Below are positions 24,508 through 26,307 of a stretch of DNA of 26,307 nucleotides, one piece after another. Each line of letters starts with the position of its first letter. Positions within the stretch are counted from its first letter, which is position 1. The notes under the pieces are model-generated. The model searched no databases and was not told the DNA's origin. It saw nothing but the letters and a program-made list of their open reading frames with translations. Source of the DNA: Bacteroidota bacterium (GTDB lineage: Bacteria > Bacteroidota > Bacteroidia > Bacteroidales > P3). A program made the position numbers and the translations under genes. The DNA lies in contig JAUNWC010000001.1 of assembly GCA_030540495.1 (NCBI GenBank), positions 1-26,307 of the forward strand, in the 5' to 3' direction.

Positions 24508-26208
24508 TTATAGGTTTAGAGTTTTCAAATATTCTGTGCATTCCTCAAAGTTTTTAAAGGTATTTTCCTCTGGCACCACATCGGGAATAAGATTAGTCTC
24601 TTTCAACATATACATAGGTTGAGGTTGTATTATGGTCATTAGAACTTTTACTCCTGTTTCTTGCAAATCTTTTATAGCCGTTTCCATAGCATACAAGCCA
24701 GATTGGTCCATAAAACTAACCAAACGCATACGTATAATAACCACCTTTGCCTCCTTTGGTACATCGTGCATAACCTCTTGAAAACGTGTTATGGAACCAA
24801 AAAATATAGGACCATTTAGTCGTTGTATGTATATCTTGTGTTTTATGTTCTCGGGGATACCTTTCTCGTCGGACCAAGGAGATTCTTTGTCAAAATGTTG
24901 CAACTCTTGAGAAGAATAAGACCCTTCTACCAAATCTCCTGCTCTTTTCATAAACAAAACGCAAGCAATAATCATACCCAAGCCTACAGCGGTCAATAAA
25001 TCTACAAAAACCGTAACCACCAACACAACCACAAGCACAAAAGCATCAGAAACAGGTATTTTGAATAAATCTTTTAGCCCCTTAAAATCAATTATTCCCC
25101 AGCCCACAGTGATAAGAATACCAGCCAAAACAGATAAAGGCACATATTTAACCAAAGAGCCAAGCCCCAAAAGGATGGAAAGCAAAAGCAAAGAGTGAAT
25201 CATTCCACTGAGTTTTGTTCTTCCTCCGCTTTTTACATTAACAACTGTTCTCATGGTTGCTCCCGCTCCTGCCAAACCACAGAAAAACCCTGCTACCATA
25301 TTGCCAATGCCTTGTCCTATAAGTTCTTGATTAGAGTTGTGTTTGGTTTTTGTAATATTGTCTGCTACCACAGAGGTTAATAAAGTATCTATACTACCCA
25401 AACCGGCAAGAGTAAGTCCGGGTATTATGCTTGTTTTCAAAACAGATAACCAGTCAATACCTGCAAGGCTAACTCCCTCTTTGGCAAAAAATGGCATAGG
25501 CAAACCAGAAGGAATCGCTCCTATAACAAGTTTGTCGTCCATATCAAAAAACAAAGAAACTATTGTCATAACCACCAATGCTACAAGAGTGGAAGGAATT
25601 TTTTTTGTCAAAAGAGGAAAAACCTGTATAATAACTATTGTACCTATTCCAAGAACAAGAGCAGAAAAAGAAATTCCGTTCATTATCATGGAAGGAAACT
25701 TTGCCACCATATCCACCACCAACACAGGAGATTTCAAACCTATCAAAGGGTAGATTTGTTGCAAAATAATAATTATACCTATACCACTCATAAAACCAGA
25801 AAGGACAGGATAAGGAATATATCTTACGTATTTTCCTATTTTTATAATACCAAACAACACTTGAAACAAACCACAAAACAACCCTGCCATAGACATGGAA
25901 ATCAATACGGTAGAAATATTGCCTGAGGACATTGACCACGCTGCTGAAACCAAAGAGGCGGTTATAACGGTCATAGGTCCAGTAGGACCACTAATCTGAG
26001 AAGGTGTGCCTCCAAACATAGCAGCAAAAAAGCCCAACATTGTTGCTCCTATCAATCCTGCTAAGGCTCCAAGCGAAGAAGCAGAAGGAGAATCTATACC
26101 ACCAAAGGCTTGAATACCAAAAGCCAAAGCCAAAGGCAAAGCAACAATTCCCGCTGTGAGACCTCCGAAGATATCTCCTTTTATATTGTTTGTAGTTATA
26201 AATGCCAT
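24508..26208 (-). CDS. SulP (SLC26) family inorganic anion transporter with C-terminal STAS domain
   Basis: 566 aa. GDIFGGLTAGIVALPLALAFG, ISGPTGP, NQELIGQGIGN, GAGATMRT and STAS-like GPIFFGS / FMDQSG. Confidence 0.93.
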   Translation of the reverse strand: MAFITTNNIKGDIFGGLTAGIVALPLALAFGIQAFGGIDSPSASSLGALAGLIGATMLGFFAAMFGGTPSQISGPTGPMTVITASLVSAAWSMSSGNISTVLISMSMAGLFCGLFQVLFGIIKIGKYVRYIPYPVLSGFMSGIGIIIILQQIYPLIGLKSPVLVVDMVAKFPSMIMNGISFSALVLGIGTIVIIQVFPLLTKKIPSTLVALVVMTIVSLFFDMDDKLVIGAIPSGLPMPFFAKEGVSLAGIDWLSVLKTSIIPGLTLAGLGSIDTLLTSVVADNITKTKHNSNQELIGQGIGNMVAGFFCGLAGAGATMRTVVNVKSGGRTKLSGMIHSLLLLSILLGLGSLVKYVPLSVLAGILITVGWGIIDFKGLKDLFKIPVSDAFVLVVVLVVTVFVDLLTAVGLGMIIACVLFMKRAGDLVEGSYSSQELQHFDKESPWSDEKGIPENIKHKIYIQRLNGPIFFGSITRFQEVMHDVPKEAKVVIIRMRLVSFMDQSGLYAMETAIKDLQETGVKVLMTIIQPQPMYMLKETNLIPDVVPEENTFKNFEECTEYLKTLNL

Positions 26209-26248
26209 AATATTTTATTTTAAATAATAAGTTAAATTTTTAAAGTTG

Positions 26249-26256
26249 CAAAATTA
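26249..26256 (-). promoter_or_regulatory. -7 element of the promoter for SulP-ribF-LRR
   Basis: TAATTTTG on the minus strand, 40 nt upstream of the SulP ATG. No clear -33 box. Confidence 0.55.
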
Positions 26257-26307
26257 GTAATTTATTTAAATGTTACTTCTTTATAAACGTTTTCTTTTTT
26301 TGAAAGG

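Noticed and set aside
18-25939. The many 60-160-aa ORFs antisense to or overlapping the main genes (e.g. 614-1012, 2259-2699, 4894-5376, 10608-11012, 16963-17337, 25337-25753)
   Set aside because: Shadow frames of well-supported genes, with no motifs, promoters or plausible composition.

Overview
AT-rich chromosomal window from a member of Bacteroidota, most likely Bacteroidales. Support for this: TAnnTTTG/TTTG sigma-A promoters and a T9SS cargo protein. Most of it is housekeeping or envelope genes: GH29 alpha-L-fucosidase, small-type purL, a TPR-folB-comEC-patatin(PlpD-like) run, an outer-membrane beta-barrel, tryptophanase tnaA, then lipid kinase-SUI1-rfbD-NlpC/P60-MBOAT, and SulP-ribF-LRR on the opposite strand. 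I saw no rRNA, tRNA, CRISPR-Cas, integrase or transposase. The interesting part is 10.0-18.4 kb, with three main observations. (1) The ~185-nt tnaA leader holds a 24-codon uORF with a local resemblance to E. coli TnaC (Tyr in place of the key Trp). The uORF lies inside a long hairpin and is followed 10-13 nt later by a terminator-like stem, so it is a candidate Bacteroidota tryptophanase attenuator. (2) An unnamed family of extragenic palindromic elements, built from 10-bp-phased ATA(A/G)GTT units and GGC-N3-GCC-type triloop hairpins, flanks tnaA on both sides. (3) A ~2042-codon T9SS-secreted FN3/adhesin-repeat gene is split by one in-frame TAA. All family assignments come from motif recognition by eye; no database searches or folding programs were run.
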